Below, one piece after another: positions 46,346 to 55,065 of a stretch of DNA of 64,000 nt; the stretch's first letter is position 1, and every line of letters starts with the position of its first letter. Below the pieces are notes generated by a model that saw only the letters and a program-made list of their open reading frames with translations, was not told the origin of the DNA and searched no databases. Source of the stretch: a virus; the IMG/VR virus record IMGVR_UViG_3300037755_000828, positions 30,860-94,859 of that record; one strand, given 5' to 3'. Made by a program: the position numbers and the translations under genes.

Positions 46346-46371
46346 TACTCGCCTTCGTCGGATGGCATTCC
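46346..46371 (-). promoter_or_regulatory. ECF-type promoter GGAAT-N18-GTA
   Basis: 30 nt to ATG 46336. Confidence 0.75.
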
Positions 46372-46452
46372 CGCCGCGTCTTCGCTTCCGATTTCTTGAC
46401 CGGAAAAGTCGCCGGGCTGTTCGGGCCTGTGGAAGCCCGCTGGCAGCTGGGG

Positions 46453-47484
46453 CTAGGTTGCCAAGTGCGAAGGGTCCCCACGCCCGGTAGCCGCCAAGAT
46501 CACGGCCATGGCCAGGTCGATCGGCACGGCGTTTCCGAGCAGCTTGGCGGAGTCGCGGGCGTTGGTGTCGAGCAGCTTGTAGGAGTCGGGGAATCCTTGG
46601 CTGCGCTTGACTTCGTTCTTGGTCCACAACCGGTATTCCCCGTCGCGCGTCCACCAAAGCTGGCCCGCCTGGCCGGTGACCGTGTTGACGGGCTCGGACG
46701 CCGGGATTCCCCAATATCCATAGTTGGTGTGCTGACCGATCCCGAGCGCGCCGTTGAGCCGCTGGTTGGACTGGCGCGCCTTTTCCTTGGCGGACAGGTA
46801 GCCCTTCTCTCGAGCTTTTGCAGAGGGCTCGCGGTCGGGCATGTCCTCGATGTTGATCCACCCGCGTTCGCCGGCGTCGAAGATCGTACCCACCCCGGGC
46901 TCGAGCACGTCGGGGTTGATCATCTGCACGGGCGGCCCGCCCAAGACGCCGATGAAGAACCACCGCCATCGACGTTGGGGCAGCCCGAACTTGGACGCGC
47001 ACAGGAACTGCTGCGTCACCGCGTAGCCGAGCTTGCGCAGGGCGGCGAGCCAGCGTTGAAAATCTTTCCAGCGGATGAACCCGCGCACGTTCTCGACAAT
47101 CAGGTACTTCGGCCGGCAGACCTGCGCGCACTTCCAAACCGCCCATGCGGTCACGCGCATCTGGGCGTGGCTGTCGAACACCTTCCTGCTGGTCGCGCGG
47201 CCGATCTGCCCGGCGTCGCTGTGGCCCTGGCAAGCGCAGCCGGCAGTGAGGATGTCGAACGGGTCGAGCTCGGCGAACTTGAATCCCAGCAGGTTGCGCT
47301 GCAGGTGCTCGGTGTCCCGGTGGTTCGCGGCGTGCACCCGGATCGCCCGGGGCCAGTGGTTCACCGCGAGGGTGACGTCGATGCCCGCGCGCTCCATCGC
47401 CAGCGTGAAGCCGCCCAGGCCGCAGAACATGTCATTGCCCTTCAGGCCGGTGCTGACGGCCTCGGCATGCTGGCGCATCAGCAT
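46453..47484 (-). CDS. Orphan C5-cytosine DNA methyltransferase
   Basis: DMFCGLGG, ACQGHS, ENV, PQRR.R, GNAV. Confidence 0.93.
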   Translation of the reverse strand: MLMRQHAEAVSTGLKGNDMFCGLGGFTLAMERAGIDVTLAVNHWPRAIRVHAANHRDTEHLQRNLLGFKFAELDPFDILTAGCACQGHSDAGQIGRATSRKVFDSHAQMRVTAWAVWKCAQVCRPKYLIVENVRGFIRWKDFQRWLAALRKLGYAVTQQFLCASKFGLPQRRWRWFFIGVLGGPPVQMINPDVLEPGVGTIFDAGERGWINIEDMPDREPSAKAREKGYLSAKEKARQSNQRLNGALGIGQHTNYGYWGIPASEPVNTVTGQAGQLWWTRDGEYRLWTKNEVKRSQGFPDSYKLLDTNARDSAKLLGNAVPIDLAMAVILAATGRGDPSHLAT

Positions 47485-47590
47485 CGCGGGCGCCTCCGCC
47501 TTGCGCCGCGAGGTCGGGCTGCGCGCTCACGAGCGTGCGCCCAGCCGATGCTCGACACCAGCCAGGCCATCATGATGACCACCACGATAT

Positions 47591-47989
47591 TCACGAGTAC
47601 ATCTCCATGGCTTCGACGATCACCGCGCGTAGCGGCAGAACGAACCTGACGTTGGCCTCGAACGCCTTGCGGGCGCGTGGCCCCATCGGTGACCCGGCCT
47701 GGCCATGGTGGCGTTCATCGGGGTCGCGACCGACCAGCGCGAGCGCGAGCCCAGACGTCTGTTCGTGCCGCGTCTCGCCGGGGCCGTGCTCGAGCGTCCA
47801 CGCGTGTCCCTCCGCGATGCGCTCGGCAAGCTCTCGGACCCCAACCGGCCAGTGGTCTGGGTGCAGCTCGGACGCAATGGCGATCAGTCGCTCGAGCACG
47901 AGCTGATTGTGCGCATCGCAGGACCGTTCATCGGAGCGCGTTGTGGGAGCCGGCTCGGGGTCGCGCCAGAGGTAGATCTGCTCGGTCAT
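47591..47989 (-). CDS. Hypothetical protein
   Basis: ATGA coupling. Confidence 0.6.
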   Translation of the reverse strand: MTEQIYLWRDPEPAPTTRSDERSCDAHNQLVLERLIAIASELHPDHWPVGVRELAERIAEGHAWTLEHGPGETRHEQTSGLALALVGRDPDERHHGQAGSPMGPRARKAFEANVRFVLPLRAVIVEAMEMYS

Positions 47990-48471
47990 GGCTTTGCTCG
48001 AATGATCGGGAGTGGTGGAACGCTCGCCAGCAGCGTCAACTCGTGGAACTCGACCGGCTCGTAGAGCCGCCAACCGGCCTCGTGGAACAGCCAGATCCCG
48101 CCGACCCGGGTGTCGGCCACGATCATCCGCGAGCATTGCCAGCACGACGGACCGCCCGACACCACAAGCTTGCCGGCGACGGTCTTCACGTGGACCAAAA
48201 AGACAGCCGCAGCGAACCGAGGCCCAAAGAACTCCTGCATGAGTACGGCCTGCTCGGCGTGAATGCAGACCTTCGGGCACGCGGACCTGCACGCGTCGCT
48301 GCCATCGCAGGCGAACCCGCGCGGTGGCGAGTTGTGACCTCGAGCCACGACGTGCGGGTTCGGCAGCTTGCGATACGCCGACACGCCGCGCCTGCTCTTG
48401 CCGCACGAGCCGTCGTTGGCCGACGCGATGGCTGCGTCGATGGCGATCTGTGGCGGTGCGCTCATGCTCAT
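47986..48471 (-). CDS. dCMP deaminase-like protein
   Basis: GHN, IHAEQ, PSCWQC. Confidence 0.85.
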   Translation of the reverse strand: MSMSAPPQIAIDAAIASANDGSCGKSRRGVSAYRKLPNPHVVARGHNSPPRGFACDGSDACRSACPKVCIHAEQAVLMQEFFGPRFAAAVFLVHVKTVAGKLVVSGGPSCWQCSRMIVADTRVGGIWLFHEAGWRLYEPVEFHELTLLASVPPLPIIRAKP

Positions 48472-49028
48472 TGGCTGTCGTTCTTCTGCGTGATGGGCTG
48501 GTGAACGACCTCCATCCAAGGCGAATCATCATCCTGCCCGCAGGCCACCGGCCGCAGCTCCGGCCACTCTCGCCACAGGTCGGCGATCGTCTCGTACCAG
48601 AGCCCGAACCCGCGGGAGTCCTTCTCCCAATCGAGCATCCACACGCCGCGCTCCGTGATGCGCACGCGCGTGCGGCCGTAATGGCGACGGCGCTTGTTCG
48701 ACGTGAGCGCCTCGATGCTATCGACCGCGGCCTGCCAGCGACGCCTCAGGCGATCGAAGCTGTCGCGCAGGTGCTCCGTTGTCGCTTTCTCGCGCGCGAG
48801 TTCGCGTCGCACAGCAGCGAGCGCTGCAGCGTTGTCCGCGATGTCTTCGGCGAGCTGATCGGCGAGCTCTTGCTGTCGAACTCGGGCCGCCTCGATCTCG
48901 CCGTGCTCCACGTCTCGACCGCAGTGCAACGGAGAGACCGAGACCTCGATCCCCGGATGACCAACATCAACGCGCAGGCGGCAGAACCCGCCGTAACCAA
49001 CTCCGTACTTGAGAATGCGTTCGTTCAT
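48468..49028 (-). CDS. Hypothetical protein
   Basis: ATGA coupling at both ends. Confidence 0.6.
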   Translation of the reverse strand: MNERILKYGVGYGGFCRLRVDVGHPGIEVSVSPLHCGRDVEHGEIEAARVRQQELADQLAEDIADNAAALAAVRRELAREKATTEHLRDSFDRLRRRWQAAVDSIEALTSNKRRRHYGRTRVRITERGVWMLDWEKDSRGFGLWYETIADLWREWPELRPVACGQDDDSPWMEVVHQPITQKNDSQ

Positions 49029-49459
49029 GACTTCTCGCTCCAGCCGAGCTCGCGTGCGTGCTTGAACACGTCGTCGTCGGTCCAGTCGGTGCGATCGAGT
49101 TCGCGGTGGCCGTACCCGGCGCGGTTCAGATTGATGTGCCGCAGCGCGCTTTCGACACGCTTCCCCTGCCGTTGCGTCGAGCTGACCTCGTTCGGTGCAC
49201 GCGGGTCGAACCAGCGTTCCTCCGTCGCGTGCCCGATCGCGATGACCATGCCGTCGTCCAACATGAGGCGCAGATCCGGCCCCGGCTCGGTTGTGCGCAG
49301 TAGCTCGTGGATCCACTCACCGTATTCGGCCGGCGGCATCGACCGGCCATACGACACTTCGGCATCTGTCGAGGCGAACCGAGCGATGACCTTCATCTGC
49401 GTCCCGTCGCGCTGGCCTTGGATGTTTTTGATACAGCAGTTGTTGATGATGACAGTCAT
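49025..49459 (-). CDS. Hypothetical protein (start uncertain)
   Basis: Coupled ORF. Confidence 0.5.
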   Translation of the reverse strand: MTVIINNCCIKNIQGQRDGTQMKVIARFASTDAEVSYGRSMPPAEYGEWIHELLRTTEPGPDLRLMLDDGMVIAIGHATEERWFDPRAPNEVSSTQRQGKRVESALRHINLNRAGYGHRELDRTDWTDDDVFKHARELGWSEKS

Positions 49460-49511
49460 CGCTCGTCGACCTCGACATTGGGCATTCAACACATTCAGCA
49501 CTACTTGGGTA

Positions 49512-50141
49512 TCACTGACCTGACGGCACCGCGCCGTCGAGCAGCTCGATGAACGCGGCCTCGATCGCCCCCGTTGGAGGAACGGCCACCGAGTAGTAGG
49601 TCACGCTGCATCCGAATTGCGGCAGCTCGCAGCTCAAGCGGGCGAGTTCGACATACGCCCAGCCGAACGTCAGCTTGAACGTACCTGCAACAGGGTCGAG
49701 CGCTGGCTGACTGTTGACCAGCACCTGCGCGGCTTCGTCGAGCTCGCCGGCCAGCAGAAAGCCGCAGCCGTGTTCGTCGGCGCGGGTTTTGTAGATGGCG
49801 AACAGATCCTCGTGCGTCGTCGGCCGGGCCGTGTCGGTCAGCACCGCGTGCGTAGTCAGCACCGCGATCCTCGTGCTCTCGGGCGGCTCTTCGAGCACGA
49901 GGTCGGTGACGAACATGTCGATGCTGCCGACGAGCGTGCCCTCCGACGACGGCTGCGGCGGCCAATGCTGACGCAGGCTCACGGTCAGCTTGGGACCGTG
50001 AGTGAAGTACTTGTCGCCGAAGCGGAGCAGTCCTTGCTCGTCGATGTTCTCGCGGGCGAATGCTGCTGCGTCGGCGAGCTGGTCGCGGATGAATACGAAG
50101 ACCGTGTGGTCCCTATCGTTGGTGATGTGCACGTGTGCCAT
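49512..50141 (-). CDS. Hypothetical protein
   Basis: ATG 50141 is 29 nt from ECF -35. Confidence 0.7.
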   Translation of the reverse strand: MAHVHITNDRDHTVFVFIRDQLADAAAFARENIDEQGLLRFGDKYFTHGPKLTVSLRQHWPPQPSSEGTLVGSIDMFVTDLVLEEPPESTRIAVLTTHAVLTDTARPTTHEDLFAIYKTRADEHGCGFLLAGELDEAAQVLVNSQPALDPVAGTFKLTFGWAYVELARLSCELPQFGCSVTYYSVAVPPTGAIEAAFIELLDGAVPSGQ

Positions 50142-50150
50142 GTCGCCCAT

Positions 50151-50175
50151 GACTGCGACGGGCGCTAGCTATTCC
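50151..50175 (-). promoter_or_regulatory. ECF-type promoter GGAAT-N17-GTC
   Basis: 29 nt to ATG 50141. Confidence 0.75.
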
Positions 50176-50521
50176 TGGGAGGCACGGTCAGCTCGCGACC
50201 ATCCGCGAGTGCGTCTTGGCGGATGTTGCGGGCGAGCCTCCGCAACATCCGCTGCATCGACTTCACGACCGGGGCGCCTTGCTGGTAGACCACGCCGATC
50301 GTCTGGGCCGGATGCTTGTGGACCTCGACGCAGACGTTGGTCAACATGACTTTGACCCTCGGCTCGTCCGTGAGGGCTGCGAGCTTGATGGTCTCGGCGA
50401 CGAGACCGGCGTAGGCGATGTCGCCCGCGACATCGGGCTCGCCTACGGTGGGCTCGGTGATGACGTAGAGAATGCCGTCTTTGTCGGCGGTGGATTCGGT
50501 TGATGTCCTGACCTGGGGCAT
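50165..50521 (-). CDS. Hypothetical protein, possible Roadblock/LC7 (MglB-like) fold
   Basis: Size and apparent beta-alpha-3beta-alpha pattern only. Confidence 0.45.
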   Translation of the reverse strand: MPQVRTSTESTADKDGILYVITEPTVGEPDVAGDIAYAGLVAETIKLAALTDEPRVKVMLTNVCVEVHKHPAQTIGVVYQQGAPVVKSMQRMLRRLARNIRQDALADGRELTVPPRNS

Positions 50522-50529
50522 GGGCGCTC

Positions 50530-50556
50530 GAAGCGTCGAACGGGCGGAGCTATTCC
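50530..50556 (-). promoter_or_regulatory. ECF-type promoter GGAAT with poor -10 (TTC at N19)
   Basis: 30 nt to ATG 50521. Confidence 0.55.
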
Positions 50557-51350
50557 CGCACGTGGCCGCCCATCGCCACAGCAATCTTGGGGCCTAGCAG
50601 TCCGTGAAGCCCACGCCAAGCCTCGAGCACTACCTCGCCATGGCAGTGACGCGGCCAGCATGTGCAGGCGAGGTAGTGCTCGGCCGTGATCGACTCGAGC
50701 GCCGCGCGGACGCGACGATCGAAGTTGCGCCCGCCCGGCTTGATCCTCGACCACAACCACTTCTTGTACTGCATCAGAGCAGGGCCAGCGGCCGCTGCTC
50801 GGGTCTCGCCGTCGCGCAGCTCGAGCGGCCAGGGATTGCCGAGCGGCTCCGGGCGGGCGATCACCAGCAGTGGTGGCGCCGGCTCCCCGTGCTCGTGCGG
50901 AGGACTGCCGTGGTGGCTGTTCCAGATACGCGGCTCTTCAACGTCGGGGATCCACTCGATCGGCAGCCACCGCTCGCCGAGCGCGGCGCTGCAGCAGTCC
51001 CTTGTGCCGACGCCACCCTTGAGCGCGACCAGGAAGTTGGCCGGCGGCTTCACGAAGCGATGGCCCGACAGCGTGAGCTCGAGCTGCTCGCCTCGCCAGT
51101 CGCCGTCGAGCATCCCCCTGTTGCGCTTGGGCCCGCAGCTCGGCCAGGCTCCGAAGTCCTCGGCTGGCCAATCCTCGACGAGCAAACCGGTGCGGGCTCG
51201 GATGAACTCGGCGACGGCGATGTCCGTGCCGCGACACTTGCCGTTGCGCACCGTGGTCGCGCCGCGCTTGGTCAGTCGAGCGATGACCTCGACCAGCTCA
51301 GCCAGCGTCGGGATCCGGTCCCTACCGCCGGTGATCACCGCGATCGTCAC
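50550..51350 (-). CDS. YspA-like SLOG (DUF2493) - DUF4326 fusion
   Basis: ITGGRD, GTD, GPKRN..ML, GG.GT; RP..LGNP, LACTCWPRHCHGEV. Confidence 0.85.
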   Translation of the reverse strand: MTIAVITGGRDRIPTLAELVEVIARLTKRGATTVRNGKCRGTDIAVAEFIRARTGLLVEDWPAEDFGAWPSCGPKRNRGMLDGDWRGEQLELTLSGHRFVKPPANFLVALKGGVGTRDCCSAALGERWLPIEWIPDVEEPRIWNSHHGSPPHEHGEPAPPLLVIARPEPLGNPWPLELRDGETRAAAAGPALMQYKKWLWSRIKPGGRNFDRRVRAALESITAEHYLACTCWPRHCHGEVVLEAWRGLHGLLGPKIAVAMGGHVRE

Positions 51351-51402
51351 TGGACCTGGCCGGCAAGCTCATCCACCACGAGGATGTACAGCTGCGTGAT
51401 CG

Positions 51403-51843
51403 TCATGGCTTGGGCTCCGCGAGCCGGCGACAGGCATGCACAACGAGCCGGCGGCGGTGCGTCTGCGTCGGATGTAGCCACGACTCAACCCGCCAGCCGT
51501 CGTGCTCGAGCTCGCGGAGCTGCGTGTCGATGTAGGCCTCAACCAAGATGCCCGGCCCGACCGTCTGCTCGGACACGAACCACTCGAACTCGACCGGCTT
51601 CGGCACCCACTTCAGCACCGCGAGCACGGCTGCGAGTTCGTCGGACGTGAGGTGGATGTGCTGCGTCAGCGCGGCTGTGGTTGAGACAGCGTCGACGAGC
51701 TCGGCGAAGTTGTCCGGCAACCGGCCCGTTCGACCGAACAGCAGCACCCTCCACCAGCCGCCCATGTCGCGCAGCACGTACGCAGCTTGGATGGCCTTCA
51801 GCCGGCCGAAGAACCCGAGAGGCTTGTCGGTGAAAACCTGCAT
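51403..51843 (-). CDS. Hypothetical protein, paralog of 51881-52282
   Basis: Shared GWWRVL.FGRTG, KP..F.W, GWRV..W. Confidence 0.75.
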   Translation of the reverse strand: MQVFTDKPLGFFGRLKAIQAAYVLRDMGGWWRVLLFGRTGRLPDNFAELVDAVSTTAALTQHIHLTSDELAAVLAVLKWVPKPVEFEWFVSEQTVGPGILVEAYIDTQLRELEHDGWRVESWLHPTQTHRRRLVVHACRRLAEPKP

Positions 51844-51852
51844 CGCGCCAGC

Positions 51853-51878
51853 TACCGCACCGAGCACCCGGTCATTCC
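51853..51878 (-). promoter_or_regulatory. ECF-type promoter GGAAT-N18-GTA
   Basis: 30 nt to ATG 51843. Confidence 0.8.
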
Positions 51879-51880
51879 CG

Positions 51881-52282
51881 TCAGTGCATGTAACCGCGTC
51901 CGCTGCAGGCTGAGCATGGCGGGTGGCGAAGCTCCGCGCGCAGCGACGGCGAGATGTCGCAGTCCTGGCATCGGCGACGGGACGCTCGAACGAAGAACGT
52001 GGCGGACGTCCGCCAGGGCCTGACCGTCCAATGCGAGACCCTCCAGCCCGTGCCGAACAGGCTTGCGACTCGCGTGGCGATGAACGCCGGGAGCATGCCA
52101 GGCGCCGCGAGGTCGACCTCGAACTGATGCCAGTCGAACTGGAGAGGCTTTGCGGGCATCGGTCCGGTCCTGCCAAACGCGAGGACGCGCCACCATCCAG
52201 CGGTGTCGCCGAGCTTCTTTGCTGCGAGAACCAGATCGAGTCGTTGTCGGAGGCCAAGCGGTCGAGCGAGGAGTACCTGCAC
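51881..52282 (-). CDS. Hypothetical protein, paralog of 51403-51843, with C-terminal CxxC pair
   Basis: Both start MQV at the same promoter distance. Confidence 0.75.
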   Translation of the reverse strand: MQVLLARPLGLRQRLDLVLAAKKLGDTAGWWRVLAFGRTGPMPAKPLQFDWHQFEVDLAAPGMLPAFIATRVASLFGTGWRVSHWTVRPWRTSATFFVRASRRRCQDCDISPSLRAELRHPPCSACSGRGYMH

Positions 52283-52291
52283 GACGTTGCG

Positions 52292-52317
52292 TACCACACC
52301 GGCGAGCGCGACATTCC
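52292..52317 (-). promoter_or_regulatory. ECF-type promoter GGAAT-N18-GTA
   Basis: 30 nt to GTG 52282. Confidence 0.8.
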
Positions 52318-52353
52318 CGGAACAATCCGGCGCTGTGCCGGTATCGTGCGTCC

Positions 52354-53703
52354 ATGGAAAAGATCTCACGGTCACGAACGTTGCTCATTACTAGCGATCG
52401 CACACGCGACGAGGCGCTCGTCCCTCGGGGCATCGAGTGGACCGGCCGCACCAACAACGTGCTCGCCGGCTGCACCCCGCAGTCGCCCGGCTGCCGCAAC
52501 TGCTACGCGGAGACCTCGTGCCATCGGTTTCACGAGCACTACTCCCTGACCAAACCCGGCCTCGTGCAGATCCGATCGCCGCGACAGAAGCACGAGGGCT
52601 TGACCTACGTGAAGACGGGCAAGGACGGCAAGTCGCTGGGCCAAGGCGCGCGCTGGACTGGCGAGATCCGCTGCCTTCCGCACAAGCTGCTCGACCCGCT
52701 CTCGTGGGCGCGCGGTGGGTACATCTTCGCAAACTCGGTGTCGGACCTTTTTCACTCGCACCTCGTCGAATGCGAGTTCGGGCGTCACTTCATCGCCGCC
52801 TACTTCGGGCTGATGATCGTCACCCCGCAGCACACCTACCAGCTGCTGACGAAGCAGCCCGACATGGCGGTCAAGTGGTACGCCTGGGTGGCCGCCGAGG
52901 CCGAGCTCGCGGGCGTCAGCATCGCCGAGTTCTGCGTGGGCGAGCTCCACAAGGAGTTGGCTCGGGCGGCGGCCGAATCCGAACCGGCGTGGGCTGAAAA
53001 GTTCACCGCCGCCGCGGTCGATGTTGGGGTCCGCTGGAGGTTCGCCGAGGGCGAGGAGATCAAGCCGATCGACCTGATCTCGCCGACGGGCAAGATCTCG
53101 CGCTGGATTCCGACCAAGCGCGCGGTCGCCAAGCTCCGACGCCACCACGCGCACGAGATCGATCGCACCGCCTGGCCGCAGAAAAACATCCACGTTGGCG
53201 TGAGCGTCGAGGATCGCAAGCGCACCAGCCGGGTCGACCTGCTCCGCCAGATCCCCGCCGTGCTCCGGTTCCTCTCCCTCGAGCCGCTGCTCGAGGACAT
53301 CGCCGATCTGCTCAACCTCGAGGGCATCGGCTGGGTGCTCGTGGGCGGAGAGAGCGGGCAGCACGCTCGACCGTGCGCACTCGAATGGCTCGAGCGGATC
53401 ATCGCGACTTGCCGCGCGCAGGACGTGGCCGTGTTCGTCAAGCAGCTCGGCGCCTACGTGGTGTCGGAGCAGCGAGCGGCGGACACGGTCGAGGATGCCG
53501 TCGACCTGTTCGGCGAGGGCGCGCGAGCGAGGTGGCCCGCGTCGCGCTGGCTCTGGCGCGCTGGGCTCAAGGATGCCAAGGGCGGGGACTGGCACGAGTG
53601 GCCAGACAACCTCCGCATCCGAGAGATGCCCAAGGGGCTCCCGGGCATCTGGGCTACGCAGCCCGTGCCGGCGGTCGTCGACAACGAGGAGATGCCGTTC
53701 TGA
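52354..53703 (+). CDS. DUF5131 (phage Gp37/Gp68) radical-SAM-like protein
   Basis: IEWT...GCTPQSPGCRNCYAE, NSVSDLFH, QLLTK, FLSLEPLL, GGESG, FVKQLG. Confidence 0.95.
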   Translation: MEKISRSRTLLITSDRTRDEALVPRGIEWTGRTNNVLAGCTPQSPGCRNCYAETSCHRFHEHYSLTKPGLVQIRSPRQKHEGLTYVKTGKDGKSLGQGARWTGEIRCLPHKLLDPLSWARGGYIFANSVSDLFHSHLVECEFGRHFIAAYFGLMIVTPQHTYQLLTKQPDMAVKWYAWVAAEAELAGVSIAEFCVGELHKELARAAAESEPAWAEKFTAAAVDVGVRWRFAEGEEIKPIDLISPTGKISRWIPTKRAVAKLRRHHAHEIDRTAWPQKNIHVGVSVEDRKRTSRVDLLRQIPAVLRFLSLEPLLEDIADLLNLEGIGWVLVGGESGQHARPCALEWLERIIATCRAQDVAVFVKQLGAYVVSEQRAADTVEDAVDLFGEGARARWPASRWLWRAGLKDAKGGDWHEWPDNLRIREMPKGLPGIWATQPVPAVVDNEEMPF

Positions 53704-54599
53704 TGACCAACACAAGGCGCCCTCCGCGACGCGAAGGGCTGGCGATGAACCACGATGTGCAACACCGTGATTTCTTGGACTCGCTTGCGATCTCGAAGGG
53801 CACGGTTCGACTCGTGCTCACATCGCCTCCGTACCCCGACGCGCGCACGGTCGAGCAGTACGGCGGAGCGCGCTTCGACACGTCGCATGAAGGATACGGG
53901 CGGCTCGGTGATGCTGTGTTCGAGGCACTCATGCCCGGCGGGGTGTGTGCCCTCAACCTTGACGGCCCGATCCGCGTGTGGCGTCCAGAACTCGGCGAGT
54001 CCGAGCGAAGCCTGATTTCGTTCAAGGTGGCGATTGACTGGGCCGAGCGTCTCGGCTTTCGCTACATCGAGCGGTGCGTATATTCGCGCGAGGGTGTCCC
54101 TGGCGACCACGGTCCCCGATGGCGTAGCGGCGGCGAACTCGTGCATCTGTTCGCCAAGCCAGGCGGCGAGGTCTACTTCGACAAATGGGGATACACCCTG
54201 CCAGCCAAGTTCGCTGGCCAGCAGTGCTCGACCGGCGGTGCCCGGAGGCTGGGCGGCGCGACAACTCGGGGTTCTTGGACGCAAGCCGACCGCCGGATGC
54301 TGTCGACGGTGATCTCGTGTTCCGTCGGCAACAACCAGACCGACCGAGACCACGAAGCACCGTTTGCGCGGGCCCTCGCTGACGCATATGTGCTTTGCTA
54401 CTCTGCGCCTGGCGACCTCGTGTGCGACCCGTTCGTCGGCAGTGGCACCGTGGCTTTCTCGTGCGACCGCCACGGGCGGCGGTTCGTGGGCGGCGACACC
54501 GGGACGCGGGAGCGCGACGGGAAACGGTGGGCCGATGTCGTCAACGATGGGCTTCGGCAAACCAATCTGTTTGAGCACGGCGGGGGTGGCTCGCCGTGA
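53703..54599 (+). CDS. Orphan beta-class (N4C/N6A) DNA methyltransferase
   Basis: TSPPY precedes H.APF and DPFVGSGT. Confidence 0.92.
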   Translation: MTNTRRPPRREGLAMNHDVQHRDFLDSLAISKGTVRLVLTSPPYPDARTVEQYGGARFDTSHEGYGRLGDAVFEALMPGGVCALNLDGPIRVWRPELGESERSLISFKVAIDWAERLGFRYIERCVYSREGVPGDHGPRWRSGGELVHLFAKPGGEVYFDKWGYTLPAKFAGQQCSTGGARRLGGATTRGSWTQADRRMLSTVISCSVGNNQTDRDHEAPFARALADAYVLCYSAPGDLVCDPFVGSGTVAFSCDRHGRRFVGGDTGTRERDGKRWADVVNDGLRQTNLFEHGGGGSP

Positions 54600-55051
54600 A
54601 GCGCCGTTCCAAGAAGCGGCAGGCGCAGCTCGACGCGTTGCCGGCCATCGCCACGATCAGCACCGACCGCACGCCGATCCGCCCCACCGACGAGAGCTAC
54701 CGCGAGTTCATCCGGCGCTTGCCCTGCGTCGTCTGCATCAAGCCCACGCTCGGCGGCGACCCCTGCCACCTTCGCACCAGCCGTGTGTCGGGCGACTGGC
54801 TCGAGGCCGACGGCGAGCTGGTCGGCAACATCTTCCCCGCGTGCCGGCTGCACCACGGCGCGCAGCACAGCGAGGGGATCCACTCGTTCCCGAGCGCGCG
54901 CGGGCTCGACCTCGACGCGGTGTGCTTGCTGATCGGCAGGGCGTACCAGCTCGGGTGGTCGGCCGACGGCCTCGGGGCGGCGGCGCTGCGAGTGCGCGGC
55001 TACGTGGGCGTCGACGTCGAGGCCGTGCTGAGCGGCGAGCTCCCCTGCTAG
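54596..55051 (+). CDS. DUF968-like HNH-related protein
   Basis: FIRRLPCVVC...CHL...PACRLHH..QH. Confidence 0.8.
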   Translation: MKRRSKKRQAQLDALPAIATISTDRTPIRPTDESYREFIRRLPCVVCIKPTLGGDPCHLRTSRVSGDWLEADGELVGNIFPACRLHHGAQHSEGIHSFPSARGLDLDAVCLLIGRAYQLGWSADGLGAAALRVRGYVGVDVEAVLSGELPC

Positions 55052-55065
55052 GCGAAGCCCTCGCC

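Noticed and set aside
51844-51900. Protein similarity upstream of MQV in the two paralogs
   Set aside because: Explained by the conserved promoter (GGGAAT reads Gly-Asn), not by coding sequence
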